From Eledone cirrhosa (Eukaryota): a stretch of DNA of 64,000 nt. The notes below the pieces were generated by a model, which saw only the letters and a list, made by a program, of their open reading frames with translations, searched no databases and was not told where the DNA came from. How positions within the stretch are numbered: position 1 is the first letter of the stretch; each line of letters starts with the position of its first letter. The position numbers and the translations under genes are program-made. The stretch spans positions 7,006,001-7,070,000 of the forward strand of contig OZ024756.1 in the NCBI GenBank assembly GCA_964016885.1, read 5' to 3'. Below, one piece after another: positions 38,525 to 51,790 of the stretch.

Positions 38525-40790
38525 AAATCGAATTCTTTAAGATCTCTTCTTCTATAAAAGACATACCTTTACTTAGGAATAAGAACTATCTTAAACAACT
38601 TATTGAGAAATCGGACTCGTTTATAAGAAGACTTCGATGGCGTGCTTTTCATTTTGATAAAAAATCAGATGGAAAAGAAAATATATCCAACTTTGATAGG
38701 ATCTTCAAATCCACCTGCCAACAAATTACTAATGGAATTTGAAAATGAAATTATTTCAATCATACAAAACATTAAATTTAAGAAAAACCATTTTGTAGGC
38801 CAGGATTACCTCAAAAGTCTTAAAAATAATATAGAAAATGTTGAAAGAACTGAAACAATTCTTGTTAAATCTGATAAAACCAACAATCTTTACGGAATGC
38901 AAAAGGACGAGTATAATAATTTTATATTGAAGGAATTAAGGAAAAATTAGAAAAGATCAACCAATGATGACCTTGAAATAGTGAAGCTTCTAACATAATA
39001 GTGAAGCTTCTAACATAATAGTGAAGCTTCTAACATAATAGTGAAGCTTCTAATATAATGCAAAAATTAGGCATCGAAAATAGGACTGAACCCGTCATAC
39101 CTAGGAAACAAAAATTAATTTGAAAGACCACAAAAGAAATTTTGAAATAGAATTACCAGTTAGACTTATTGCACCATCTAAATCGGACCTTGGCATAGTT
39201 AGCAAAAATATCTTAGATAGAATCAAATCGCAACTTAAAGAAATATCTTACTTAAAATTATGGAATGGGACTAAGGAAGTTATAGACTGGTTTAAGGACA
39301 TAAAATATAAGCATAACAATAAATTCATTCAATTGGATATTGCTAATTATTACTCATCTATCACTCCTAATTTACTTAATAAAGCCCTTACATACGCATT
39401 TAAATATACTGATTTATCTAGCGATGAAATGCACATCATCTTACGTAAAACCATAATTAAATTTAACAACCATCTTTGGACTAGAGCAGATAGGGATAAC
39501 AATTTCGATATTACTATGGGGTCATCGGACTCGGCACAATTAACGGATCTTGTGAGGCTTTTTCTTAACAATACTTTACATAGAAAAATACCAGAGTTAA
39601 CCGGTGGTTTATATCGTTATGATATGCTATTGCTTATTGAAAATAATATTAATTGTGAAATCAATAGGAATAGAAAATCAATAATACAATTTTTAATTGC
39701 GTTAATCTTAAAGTAGAAGTAGAGAATAATTATAAAATAGTTAATTTTTTAGATGTAACATTAAACCTTAATACTGGTCTTTATTATCCATTTCATAAAA
39801 TAAATGAGAATTTAAACTATGTTAACTTTAATTCCAATCACCCGAGATCCGTTAAAAGCACTATTGTAAATTCCGTACAGCAACGTATTTCTAGAATTTC
39901 AGAGAATAAAAATACATTTGAAGATAAGGCACAATATTATAACGAAGCTTTAAGTAGAGCAGGCTATAATAATGAAATTAAATACATTGATAATAAAGAT
40001 ATGCCAATTAACCGTAATTATAATTATAATTATAATTATAATAAGAAACCTAGTACTAACTCTAAAATTAAAAAACGAAATAGAACTAGAAATGTATTCT
40101 GGTTCGCTCCCCCTTTCCAATTAAGTATTCAAACTGCAATAACTAAACTATTTTTTAAAGCTCTAGATAATTGTTTTCCCGAGACACATAGGTATCACTC
40201 AATCTTTAATAGACATACACTTAAACTATCATATTCTGCCACTATAAATTTAGCGCAGAATCTAAATAGAATTAATAATAGAAACTTAAAACTTAACCAG
40301 AATAGCATTAATACCTCTAGCAACATCCAATATAATGATAGTGTTCCCAATAATATAAATTCCGATAAATGTAATTGTAGAAATAAATCTAACTGTCCTT
40401 TAAATAATAACTGTTTAGTTAAAAATGTAGTATACAATTGCAATGTCAAAACCAATGATAATTCCTTTAACTATATCGGCTCTACTTAGACAGACTTCAA
40501 ATCTCGTCTGAATAACCATAAATGTTCCTTTACGAATATTGGTAAAAAATCTTCAACTTCTATATTCAACTTATTATGGAACTTAAAATACAAGAATATA
40601 AACTATTCTTTATCTTGGAATATTGTCTCCAAAGCACCATCCTAACAGCTCTATCCAAATTTTGCAGCCTATGCTTAGAAGAAATATTCTTTATACTAAA
40701 ATCTAAGAACTATATTAATTTGCGTAATAATTTATTTAGTTCTTATAAACATCGTTTAAATTCAACTTTTAGATATATATATATATAACA
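38525..40790 (+). pseudogene. Frameshifted PLE RT/GIY-YIG ORF
   Basis: Fragments ILVKSDKTNNLYG, KDHKRNFEIELPVRLIAPSKSDLG, QLDIANYYSSI, ITMGSSDS, YRYD (mutated YRDD), CNCRNKSNCPLNNNC, YIGST; stops, frameshifts and four tandem copies of a 20-mer at 38981-39060. Confidence 0.9.
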
Positions 40791-42294
40791 TGTAATATAT
40801 GGGCAATCTTCCTTACATAACGTTTTCTATATCCAAACACCTATAATCTCATCCCTCAGATTATATCTATATATGATTCAAGAATTTAATATAATTCTAA
40901 CCTTAATAACTTCCTAAATATATAAAATACACTTATTAAATTTTTTATTTACTCCTTAAAACCTTTACTTTCTAATATTTCTACTTCATAAATATACTTT
41001 GTATTATTACACTTATCAATCCTACCTCCAAAAAATATATCATAACCTTTCTATATGACTACTTGAAATTCTTTAAAGAAAAGGTTTTGAAAATTCTAAA
41101 AATTTCCTTTGAAAGACTTTCTGAAAGTTTTGGTAAAATTTTTGAAAGATCATTTTGAAAGATATGGAAAAAACATTATTTTCATATCTTCCAATATTTT
41201 TTATATCTTCCAATATTTTAAACATTGTTAATATTTATGTATTTTCATATATACCCAAATATTTATATTTATGTGGAATAATGTATGGGTTATGTTTTAA
41301 TTATATTTTAAGATGAATTTTTATAACTTTTTATAACTTTTTATAACTTCTTATAACATTTTAAAGATATCTTTATCTATTCTTGGAGTCATTTGAGTTT
41401 TTTTTAAATCCCTTTTAACTTCCTTTAAACTTCCTTATTGTTTTTCTAATCTCAATTTTTATAGTCTTAATTTATAGTCTGAAATTTTAATATATACATC
41501 TAATTATGTACTTATTCCTTTGTAAACTCTCGTAAATTTTCGTAATTTTTGTAATTATTTGGATGTTTAAGATTTGACATAACTATTAATAAATTCTGGC
41601 TAAATATAATTTTGCCAAACTTACTTTAATCAAATAAACTATACTAGATTTTTTCCAATGTAAAATACTATACATTTAAATAATTTATAATCTATAACAT
41701 AACATACCCATCTAAACCCATATATTATTAATACATCTTAATATATTTTAAATACTTCTTTTTGTAATATATCCTATTTTAATTAAATTTTAATTACATT
41801 TTTAATTAAATTCTAACAATATTCTTAAATCTTAACAATTTTTTATCCTTAATTTAATTGTTTAACTTATCATTATAAATATAAACATAGCATAATGAAC
41901 GTTATATTTACGTTCTGCGTATTCATCTATGTAAAACTTATTTCTTCGTTCGCTTCGCTTCTCTTCACTATCACTATGCATACTCTTGTCTTTCCTTCTT
42001 CTTCTCTCTTTCTCTTTTCCTCTCTCTCCCTTTCATTATTCTTTCTCTCTCCTTTTCAATATTTTTTCTCTCTCCCTCTCAATATTTTTCTCCCTCCCTT
42101 TTACATCTCCTATCTTCCAACAGTTTAATTTAAATAAACCGTTGTTTTTTCAATTTTTCTGACACTCATTTGCATACACACTCATAACTTTATATCACCC
42201 TCAATAAAATAGTATTTCTACTATCCAACGAATTTCAACCGTTAAGGTTGTCTTTTTTCCTAGTATGTCAATATTTATTTATAAAACAAATCTG

Positions 42295-42360
42295 TATTTT
42301 ATCTGATGAAAGCGCACCATAATTTGCCTTGGTTGCCCTTGAAATATATATAATTAAAAA
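42295..42360 (+). ncRNA. Type I hammerhead ribozyme, 3' pLTR of second PLE
   Basis: Same core as 38280-38343; stem I partly eroded. Confidence 0.7.
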
Positions 42361-42400
42361 ATTATGGTTTTATAAATATAGTTTCCATTTATTAATATAT

Positions 42401-42471
<71 letters not shown>

Positions 42472-42472
42472 T

Positions 42473-42506
<34 letters not shown>

Positions 42507-42513
<7 letters not shown>

Positions 42514-42822
42514 AATAGGATTTCGCTTCAAGCATAGCTTTATATAGTATGTATAGAAATTTCGTATTTCGAAAGAAATATGATTTTAGGAAGCCGTAGC
42601 TATGCGAACACGGGGGGGGGGGGGGGCTATGCTTGAAGCGAAATCCTATTTCTTTTCTGTTATAAGTTGAGCCAACTTACGCAGCTTCATATGCAAATGA
42701 AGTTAATCACTCTTGCTTCTGCTGGACAACGGCAGAGGGCGTTAGCTCCCCGGTATCCGCATAGCTACGGCTTCCTAAAATCGTATTTCTTTCGAAATAC
42801 GAATTTTCTATGCATAATATAT
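42507..42822. repeat. Interleaved inverted repeats with a poly-G junction
   Basis: 42508-42538 inverted against 42626-42656; about 42550-42605 inverted against 42758-42812. Confidence 0.65.
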
Positions 42823-42823
42823 A

Positions 42824-42950
42824 TGTATGTTGATGCCCTAAGGACAGACACTGGTCTGTTGGAGACGCGGGACATGGCAGAGATAATGAGGGGACAGAGA
42901 ACGCTGTGGTGAACTCGTCCATGGATCTTGGGAATTTTACCCGCCCTAGA
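42824..42950 (+). mobile_element. Extreme 3' end of the same RTE-like LINE
   Basis: Near identity to 26630-26753. Confidence 0.75.
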
Positions 42951-43409
42951 ATATATAAATAAAAGGAATTTGCAGTTTATTTGAAGCATTGTAAAATAAA
43001 AATCAATCAATCGCAGAAGTAAATATTTTGAAAAACTTTGCAACCGAAGGAAAACAGGAAGACGATTCTTTGGTTCGTGAAGACGTTCCCTGGCAATGAA
43101 TGGGGGAAAAAGCGACGATAATATGTCTTTATGTGGAGCGACGGTTTTTATATATATTTATATATATATCATCCTTATCGAGCCCTCTTCGGATTTTAGT
43201 CTTCATATTTATTATTATTACTATATATATATATATTAATTGTATTAAGGTTATACAGTGAGTCTTGTTACTCTTGAGTAAAGGGGGAGGGAGAGAGAGA
43301 GAGATATATAAATTTATATATACATAGATAGATAGATATGAACGCGTACGCACACACACAGACACATAGACACCCACATACACACACATACACACACACA
43401 TATATATAT

Positions 43410-44086
43410 ATATGAAATAAAAATTAGAAAGAGAAGCCGGGACTATCCATCATCAGTGATCTACTAGCCATCTTCGCATTAAAGATCAGATACCTCCGGC
43501 TAGCGCGATCATTAACTAAAATATGTTATTGGGATAAAAAGAATTGGGTTGAGAAAGAGAGACAGGTGAACAACAAGAATGGTGAGGCAACGTAAAGAGA
43601 GGAAAATGAGAAAATCAAGTCAGTGATTCATTTGAACATAAGAACTTGCGAACATTGACGAGAAGACGAAATACCATTCGTACCGCGCGAAAAGTGAGCG
43701 AGTAAAGAATTTCGTACATTGCCGGACGATGGAGGAAGTGAGAGAGGCTGAGTAGCAGAGAATGAGTGAAAATGTGAGGAAGAGAGGCTAGTCGAGAGAA
43801 GGTGACTAGCAGAGGGGGAGAATGAAAGTAAGAGGGAGAAGGAGAGAGAAGGGGGAGAGAGCAAGACGATAGCAGTAAGGGAAGAGAAAAAGACAGGTCA
43901 CAGCGAAGGGGAATGAAAATTGGCGTGCTGTGTTGTTGCGAATGTGATACATATGAAGTAAACAATAGAAAGAGAAGCCGGGACTATCCATCATCAGTGA
44001 TCTACTAGCAACGTAAAGAGAGGAAAAATGAGAAAATCAAGTCAGAGATTCATTTGAACATAAGAACTTGCGAACATTGACGAGAA

Positions 44087-44090
<4 letters not shown>
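43410..44090. mobile_element. Terminally redundant non-coding unit (541-bp period) in TA tract
   Basis: 43425-43467 recurs at 43966-44008, followed by a copy of 43588-43668; minus-strand CTGATGA-TGGA/TCC lacks GAAA. Confidence 0.55.
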
Positions 44091-44134
<44 letters not shown>

Positions 44135-44140
<6 letters not shown>

Positions 44141-45112
44141 TTCAAAATATTAACAAAATAGATATTCTTGTGATAAAGTATATTTTATTATACATATTTC
44201 AGAGGTACTGAGTTAAGTTCAACAGTACGTCCTCATCAGATAAAATAAGATGATGCATGACATACCCTGACATAGTAGATGGTTAAGATTCAGTCATGGT
44301 AGTGAGTAATATATGACAAAACTCAATATTTATACCTTAATATTGAGAACATGAGAAAAATATATAATACATACAATAGAGAGGGTGCGTGTAATACAGC
44401 TTTAAAAATACATGGCATCAATATAACTGCTAAAAAAATGTAAATTATTTAAGAAAGAGGAAAGAAAGGACAGCATAGAGGAAGAAAAAAGAAACAGCTG
44501 ATGGGATAATATAGTTAGTAGGTGCCTCGAAAGACAAAAGAGAGATGATTAAAGAGAGAGAGAGAAAGGGGAATAATGTATGTTCAATTCATAGACAATT
44601 ATCCATATATACAATATATATCTAAACTTATTTGGTTGATCGTTAATATTCAAAATATTTAATTTACGTTAGTTTAGAGTAATGAATAATATTTTAGGTT
44701 TTAAAAGTTAATAGGTAACTGTATTAATATTATAGAATACTATCAAGTTTAATTTCTAAAATTCAAATTTTATGAAATCAAATTTAAAGGATTTACAAAC
44801 ACGAGAAAGAAAATATAATGTTTTTATAACCCCACGAAGGTAAACTTTACAAAAATTATTTATAATATTGACAACAGTTTATATAATATAATTTATAAAA
44901 TAATTACAGTTATAATTATTAAAGAATTTATTATTAACAATTTGAGTGCCTAAAGGATCAACAGGCCTTATAATTAAACTTAAAGAAGTCTGAATTTTAA
45001 ATTACATATATGTGTTAATTAAAAAATATACAAGGATTATATTATCTAAAGCCTTAAGGTGATACCTTTCTAATATACATAACAATACAATAATACAATA
45101 TAAGATATGGAT
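44135..45112 (-). mobile_element. PLE 3' end (AT-rich UTR + pLTR) with hammerhead at 44181-44247
   Basis: TATTTTAT-CTGATGA-GGACGTACTG..CAGTACCTCT-GAAA-TATGTA-TA-ATAAAATA; TA flanks. Confidence 0.7.
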
Positions 45113-45115
45113 ATA

Positions 45116-45147
<32 letters not shown>

Positions 45148-45150
45148 ATT

Positions 45151-45238
<88 letters not shown>

Positions 45239-46193
45239 CCATGCATTCATTTGAGCATGATAATAATATATTTTGAATAAAAAATAAGTTATATTAAAAA
45301 CTGCTGACGCTAATTATGTATGCAATCGTGCGTGTATTTATGTATGTGTATATACACATACATAAATACACGCACGATTGCCTGTGTGTGTATGTATGTA
45401 TGTATGTATGTATGTATGTATTTATGTATGCATGTACGTCCCTGTGTATATGTGTGTGCCTCTGTGTGTATGAATGTGTTTGCCTGTGTGTAGGTGTATG
45501 TGTGTGAATCAGTGAATGAGAGACAGTCTAGACAATACGAAGTCTATAACTGTATGTGTGTCTGTAGGCGTATGTGTGTATGTGTGTGTATGTGTGTATG
45601 TATGTGTGTATGTGCGTCTGCCTGTGTAGGTATGTGTGTGTGTGTATGCGTGTCTGCCTGTGTATGTATGTGTGTGAGACAGTCTGTCTAGACAGTATCA
45701 AGTCGATATCTCACTGTGGTGATATCCTGTCAATACAACATTCTAAAGTTTCATACTTTAACAATGTGTTGACATACTGGTGGTGGTAGTGGTGGTGGTA
45801 CTGTCTGTGGTGGTGGTGGGGGGGAGGGGTACTGACTGTGGTAGTGGTGCTGGTGGTGGTGGTGGTGGTACTGCCTTTGGTGGTGATGGTGGTACTGCCT
45901 GTGGTGGTGGTGGGGGGTGATGGTGGCGGTGGTGGTGTTACTGACTGTGGTAGTGGTGCTGGTAGTGTTGGTGGTACTGACTGTGGTACTGCCTGTGGTG
46001 GGGGTGGTGGTGGTGGTGGTGGTAGTACTGCCTGTGGTGGTGGTGGTTATAGTGGTGGTGTGGTACTCACTGTGGTGGTGGTACTGACTGTGCTGGTGGT
46101 GGTGGTGGTTCTGAGTGTGGTGGTGGTGGTGGGTGGGGTTTCAGTTTCGATGTGCTTGCCTACCTCTCTTCGATGTGCTTTCCTCATCTCTCT

Positions 46194-46229
<36 letters not shown>

Positions 46230-46230
<1 letters not shown>

Positions 46231-46414
46231 GTTATTCCGGGTTGAGTCAGAGGTAACCACAGTAAGTAAGGTACTCAATACATTGCAGAGTATAAAAGTT
46301 TTAATATAGATGAGATTCTACAGGACTAGAACTGTTTCATTCTTTAGAAATCATCAGGATGATTTCTAAAGAATGAAACAGTTCTAGTCCTGTAGAATCT
46401 CATCTATATTAAAA

Positions 46415-46422
<8 letters not shown>
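46230..46422. mobile_element. Fold-back element with hammerhead core at 46315-46361 (-)
   Basis: Arms 46290-46355 and 46358-46422; CTGATGA-TTTC taaa GAAT-GAAA-CAG..CTG-TA; related fragment at about 26775-26810. Confidence 0.7.
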
Positions 46423-46481
<59 letters not shown>

Positions 46482-46489
<8 letters not shown>

Positions 46490-47757
46490 TTTGTGAAATG
46501 GGTCGTGGTTGAAATTCAGTTGTGCATGGTTAAATGGTAGTAGACGTGGTCGGACGGACATGAACATTTACACACCTATGTAAAAAGTGCCAAGGAAGGA
46601 ATTAGATACGGTAAATCTCTAACTTGAAAAATGTGGTCCCTATGGCCCCAAAACTGTCTATTTGCTATCGCTTTCGGTGAGTTTTTTCCCCCTGTTCTAA
46701 TACTTGGGTGAGTTATTTTCCGTAGTCGCTTTCAATATCCATTGTCTTATTTACAATTTCACACAAATTTTTAAACTCATAAATTAGTTCATAACATATC
46801 AAACCCAACATTCTTTCGCTATTAACATACAGTACCGTTTTATGAAATCGATTCTGCAGTACCATTTTACGAAATGCCAAACCGAAAACTGTCACTGTTT
46901 TCTATCAAAAGAAATAAAACCCTTAAATTGCGAAGATGGGAGGCATGTTCTCATGTACGTTTTTTTCCGATATCATTTTTATTTTGATTCTAATACATGT
47001 TAACCACCAATTAACATGTATTATATTCTAGGAGGTGAAGTCTCCTTCAATTCAATTGAAACCAACAAAAATGCGGACGACGCCGTCAACTATCCGATTG
47101 AATTCCTCAACAGTCAACAACCTCCCGGACTTCCACTTCATGAACTTAGACTGAAGGTTGGTGTTCCAGTTATGCTGCTAAGAAACGTGGAACCACCAGA
47201 ACTATGCAACGAGACGCGTCTGATCATCAACAAAATTGGGACACGAATTCTTACGACAAACATTCTGACACAGTTATTATCCCCCATAAGCCTTAGTCCC
47301 TCTGACGTCCCATTTGATTTTACGAGACGGCAGTTTCCCGTAAAACTCTGCTTTGCAATGAGTATCAACAAGGCACAGGGACAGTCGCTGCAAGTAGTTG
47401 GCCTAAATCTGACACAGCAGGTAGTTACCCACGGTCAACTATACGTCGGGTGCTCACGCGTCAGCAGTCCACACAATCTCTACATTTGTGGTAATCCTGG
47501 TAATTCCAGGAACGTTGTCTACAAAGAAGCACTGCAACAACACCTTTGAAGCTTCCGCCATTCCTCTTCCGTCGCCACTCAACGTCTCTCAACGCTTTTC
47601 ACGTCGCTCCACTTCTCATTGTACGCCGTCCAGCCCCAACTGCATATTTCTATTTTTTTTCCCGATACTGCTTCTTTATAATAAACTTTCAATAATATTT
47701 TTCAAATTATTAACTTAATAAAACGTGGCCCCGGGGGCAACCGGGCTCAGCTGCTAG
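46482..47757 (+). mobile_element. Internally deleted Helitron
   Basis: Pif1 helicase C-terminus; subterminal GC hairpin CCCGG..CCGGG at 47729-47745; CTAG followed by T at 47754-47757; 5' boundary uncertain within the TA tract. Confidence 0.8.
47030..47549 (+). pseudogene. Helitron RepHel Pif1-type helicase C-terminal fragment
   Basis: YPIEFLNS..GLPLHELRLKVGVPVMLLRN..LCNETRL..RRQFPVKLCFAMSINKAQGQSL..HGQLYVGCSRV. Confidence 0.9.
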
Positions 47758-47767
47758 TAAATATATA

Positions 47768-48030
47768 TAAGCAAAAGAGACATTTAATTTGTTGGTAATT
47801 CAACAAATAAATATGTTTATAACTGATTCGAAGCACTCGACAGTTTTTCTGGAGTATTATATCAATGATATTAATAAATGGAAACTATATTTATAACACC
47901 ATATTTATTCTATTATATATTTCAAGGGTACCAAAACTTTGGTACGCCCTCATCAGATAAAATACAAAGTTTGTTTTATAAATATTGACATGTCCAGGAA
48001 GAAGACCTTAACGGTTCAAGTTTATCCAGG
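47768..48030 (-). mobile_element. Solo pLTR (same family as 13787-14046) with hammerhead at 47906-47964
   Basis: High identity to 13787-14040; CTGATGA..GTACCAAA/TTTGGTAC..GAAA-TATA-TA. Confidence 0.8.
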
Positions 48031-48034
48031 AAAA

Positions 48035-48478
48035 ATGTCGGGGACCGTGGACAGTAGCAGCAATGTACATCGATATGATGGTGTATGTCGGGAACCATGG
48101 ACATTAACATCAATGTACATTGATATGATGGTGTATGTCGGGGACCATGGACAGTGACACCAATGTACATCGATATGATGGTGTATGTCGGGGACCATGG
48201 ACAGTGACATCAATGTACATCGATATGATGGTGTATGTCGGGGACCATGGATAGTGACATCAATGTACATCGATATGATGGTGTATGTCGGGGACCATGG
48301 ACAGTGACACCAATGTACATCGATATGATGGTGTATGTCGGGGACCATGGACATTAAGACCAATACTCATCTATATGATGGCGTATGTCAGGGACCATGG
48401 CAATTGCACCAATGTACATCGATATGATGCTGTATGTCGGGGACCGTGGACAGTGGCATCAATACACATCTATATGTC
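48035..48478. repeat. 50-bp minisatellite, about 9 copies
   Basis: Unit ATGTCGGGGACCATGGACAGTGACACCAATGTACATCGATATGATGGTGT. Confidence 0.93.
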
Positions 48479-48849
48479 CAAGTGTGATTCCCCAACATTG
48501 CAAATAGAAACGGAATAATAAGTCTGGTGATCACAGACGCCCAACCTTGTGATTGTCAACCAAACATTAATTCCTATTGTGGACAGGAATACGAATGACA
48601 TCGTTGATTGTGACAAAATTATCATATTGCCGTGAGATGTATTCTAAAACAGAACCAACGGGCAATTCAAAACAAACTTGCCATGAAACTGTGTATATCA
48701 CGAGAAAAGATTTGGACATTTTCTGAATAGCGTTGTGACATTCTCTTGTGATGCTAAACTCCGCCAGTTGCAGATTGCCCATCAATATGTAATATATCTC
48801 TCCACAAAGTTCGATCACCAACAGCAGAGTTCTAAGAGCAAAGATCAAG

Positions 48850-49110
48850 TCAAGTCCATAAGTTGACATTATCAAGCCATCGTTTTAACTGCCGGCCTTT
48901 GCTTCTCCTACCAACTAACCTTCCTTCCAGGAATAACCTACTCATTTTTATATGGCCGTATAGTTTCAGTACTCTTGACTTGACAATTGATGTAATTGGT
49001 CTAAGTTTGATAATGTTGAGCAGCTCACTGATACATATACAGTCACTGAGCTGCTTGCCAATCATAAGTCTCATGATGTGGTTCTGGAATATAGAGAGCT
49101 TCTGAAGTGA
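48850..49110 (-). mobile_element. RTE-like LINE 3' fragment
   Basis: LKLYGHIKM..LEGRLVGRRSKGRQLKRWLDNV. Confidence 0.7.
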
Positions 49111-50069
49111 TCTTGGCGTCCAATTAACACATTATAAAACTAGAAAACTGGGAAACTAGAAATATCAATGTCCAAAGTAAAGAAACATGACAAGGATTCA
49201 TCTGGATAATAATATATTGTGCTAAGATTAACTTCCAAATGCCCTATGACATCGTGTGTAGTTAATGTAATTCATCTCTAGTTTATAAATAATATTCTTC
49301 ACAGAGAAATCAATAAACGTTGTTTTAGGACAAGGAGTTACCATAAATTTAAACCAATACTTAACTATGAAAAACAGTGATGGGAATAATATTTTACTTG
49401 AGATAGTACAGTATATAGTTGATCGTGCTGACACCAATAACACCATTTTATTTCTTATTCGACGAATTTAATTCTAAATATTTTTCTATTGACTATACTT
49501 TGTCATCTGATTCACTCATGATTTGTGTTCTAAGACCTGCCTGTATTGGATTACACTTGTAAATATCCTTTAGTTTCAACAGGTTCACTAGAATGGAGAT
49601 CGTATTTCCAGCTCACAAATAAATATGATTAGTTGGAGATATATTTTCGTTCGATCACCCTGTTTGTATCTAAATGATTGTTTGACTGGCAGACATAATG
49701 AGGAGAGAAGTTTTCTCATAAACGTTTCTAACCATAGACATTATTTATTACATCTTGTAATAACACTTACAAAGATGATGAACATTATCTTGAATAATGC
49801 TAATTTGATATGGATTTGATATAAATGATAAATATCTCTCCTGCAATGCAAGAATTATCAATCAACTGAGAGATTTCAGAAATTTAAGTTACATAAACTT
49901 AATCTTGTGCAGTAATTTCCAGAATCATCCGCTTCTTGTATGTTCCAAATAAACTGTTCGGTTCGGAATAATGCTTAGAAATTTGTTCGAATTAAATAAA
50001 TTAAGGAAGGAAGAAGGAAACTCTACCTCCTGGGTGGGCCATATATAAACATACATTTACAGTGTGTAT

Positions 50070-50618
<549 letters not shown>

Positions 50619-51310
50619 TATATATATATATATATATATATGTGTGTATGTATGTGTATATATATATTCTGTCGTTTTCATAATAGAATTGAGTTTCTTT
50701 ATGGCTACAAAAAAATTCAAAAATACGGGCGCGAAATTTAATGTACTTGTTCACGTGACAGTCATAAATTCATTTATAACCAATCAAATTACATTTATTT
50801 TAAAAAAAGCCTTCGTGAGCCACTTCTTTTCTAAGTAAAAAGAAATTCAAACACAAACTGGTGCGAAAGCTGATGTTCTTATTCACGTGACTGCATCAAC
50901 CAACCAAACTTCACTCATATATGAAAAAACAACCTGAGCCACCACCCCTAACCCTTTTTTTGAAGGCAAATATAATAAGAACTTTGTAACGCGAACTGGC
51001 GTGAAATTTATTATTCTTATTCACAAACCAGCCAAATTACTTCTCTAAAAACCTAGCATTTCGAGCCACTTTTTTCCATATAAAACAGAAGTAACATTCA
51101 AAGACCAACCAAATGTGAGAAAAACCACAAACCCTCCATCCCAATTCTACTTTTGAAAAGCAGAACTGCGACACCAGTAAAGGAACCAAATAAATATATA
51201 TTTTATTGTTAAAAGAGTCCAGTTGCATTTTCGATATTATCTTTTTTACTTATACTTTCACTCGTGTAGGACACCTCGGTTTTTTTTCATTTTGTAAAAA
51301 AAAACCTCAC

Positions 51311-51366
<56 letters not shown>

Positions 51367-51449
51367 CTCCGAGGGTTCTTAACCCCACTATCAGGCTAAA
51401 TAATTTCTTTAATTGCTTTAGTCAAAATACGGCGATAGCTAACATTTCT

Positions 51450-51502
<53 letters not shown>

Positions 51503-51654
51503 AGGATATAACCAGTTTAAAACTAGTTACACCATTACTCAACAGAGTACTTGATACCTGGGGGTAGTAGTGTATGGTTTATATTATAAAGAGCTGGGAC
51601 TCGACGGCTGAGAGCTCTTGCCGTTTCAACAGCTAGTTTCATAATTATTCATTT

Positions 51655-51790
51655 ATTATCTCTAAGTAGTGAGTCTTGTTTCCCTGGCGTTTCCTGTGTA
51701 TTCACAAGATCATCAGACAATACTGTCTGATATCTTGTGAACATACGGGGGAAACTACAAAGTAACAGGGCTCACTACTTAGCCATAATA
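51655..51790. repeat. Diverged inverted repeat with eroded hammerhead core
   Basis: Arms meet at about 51720; minus strand CTGATGA-TCTTGTG aata CACAG-GAAA. Confidence 0.5.

Larger units (their letters stand above)
37836..42405 (+). mobile_element. Decayed full-length Naiad-like PLE, paralogous to 8291-12868
   Basis: pLTRs at about 37945-38480 and 41967-42405, inverted diverged terminus at 37836-37945, TA-rich flanks, ORF pieces collinear with the 737-aa protein. Confidence 0.9.

Noticed and set aside
47016-47549. Host PIF1 gene
   Set aside because: C-terminal fragment only, followed by a Helitron hairpin and CTAG terminus
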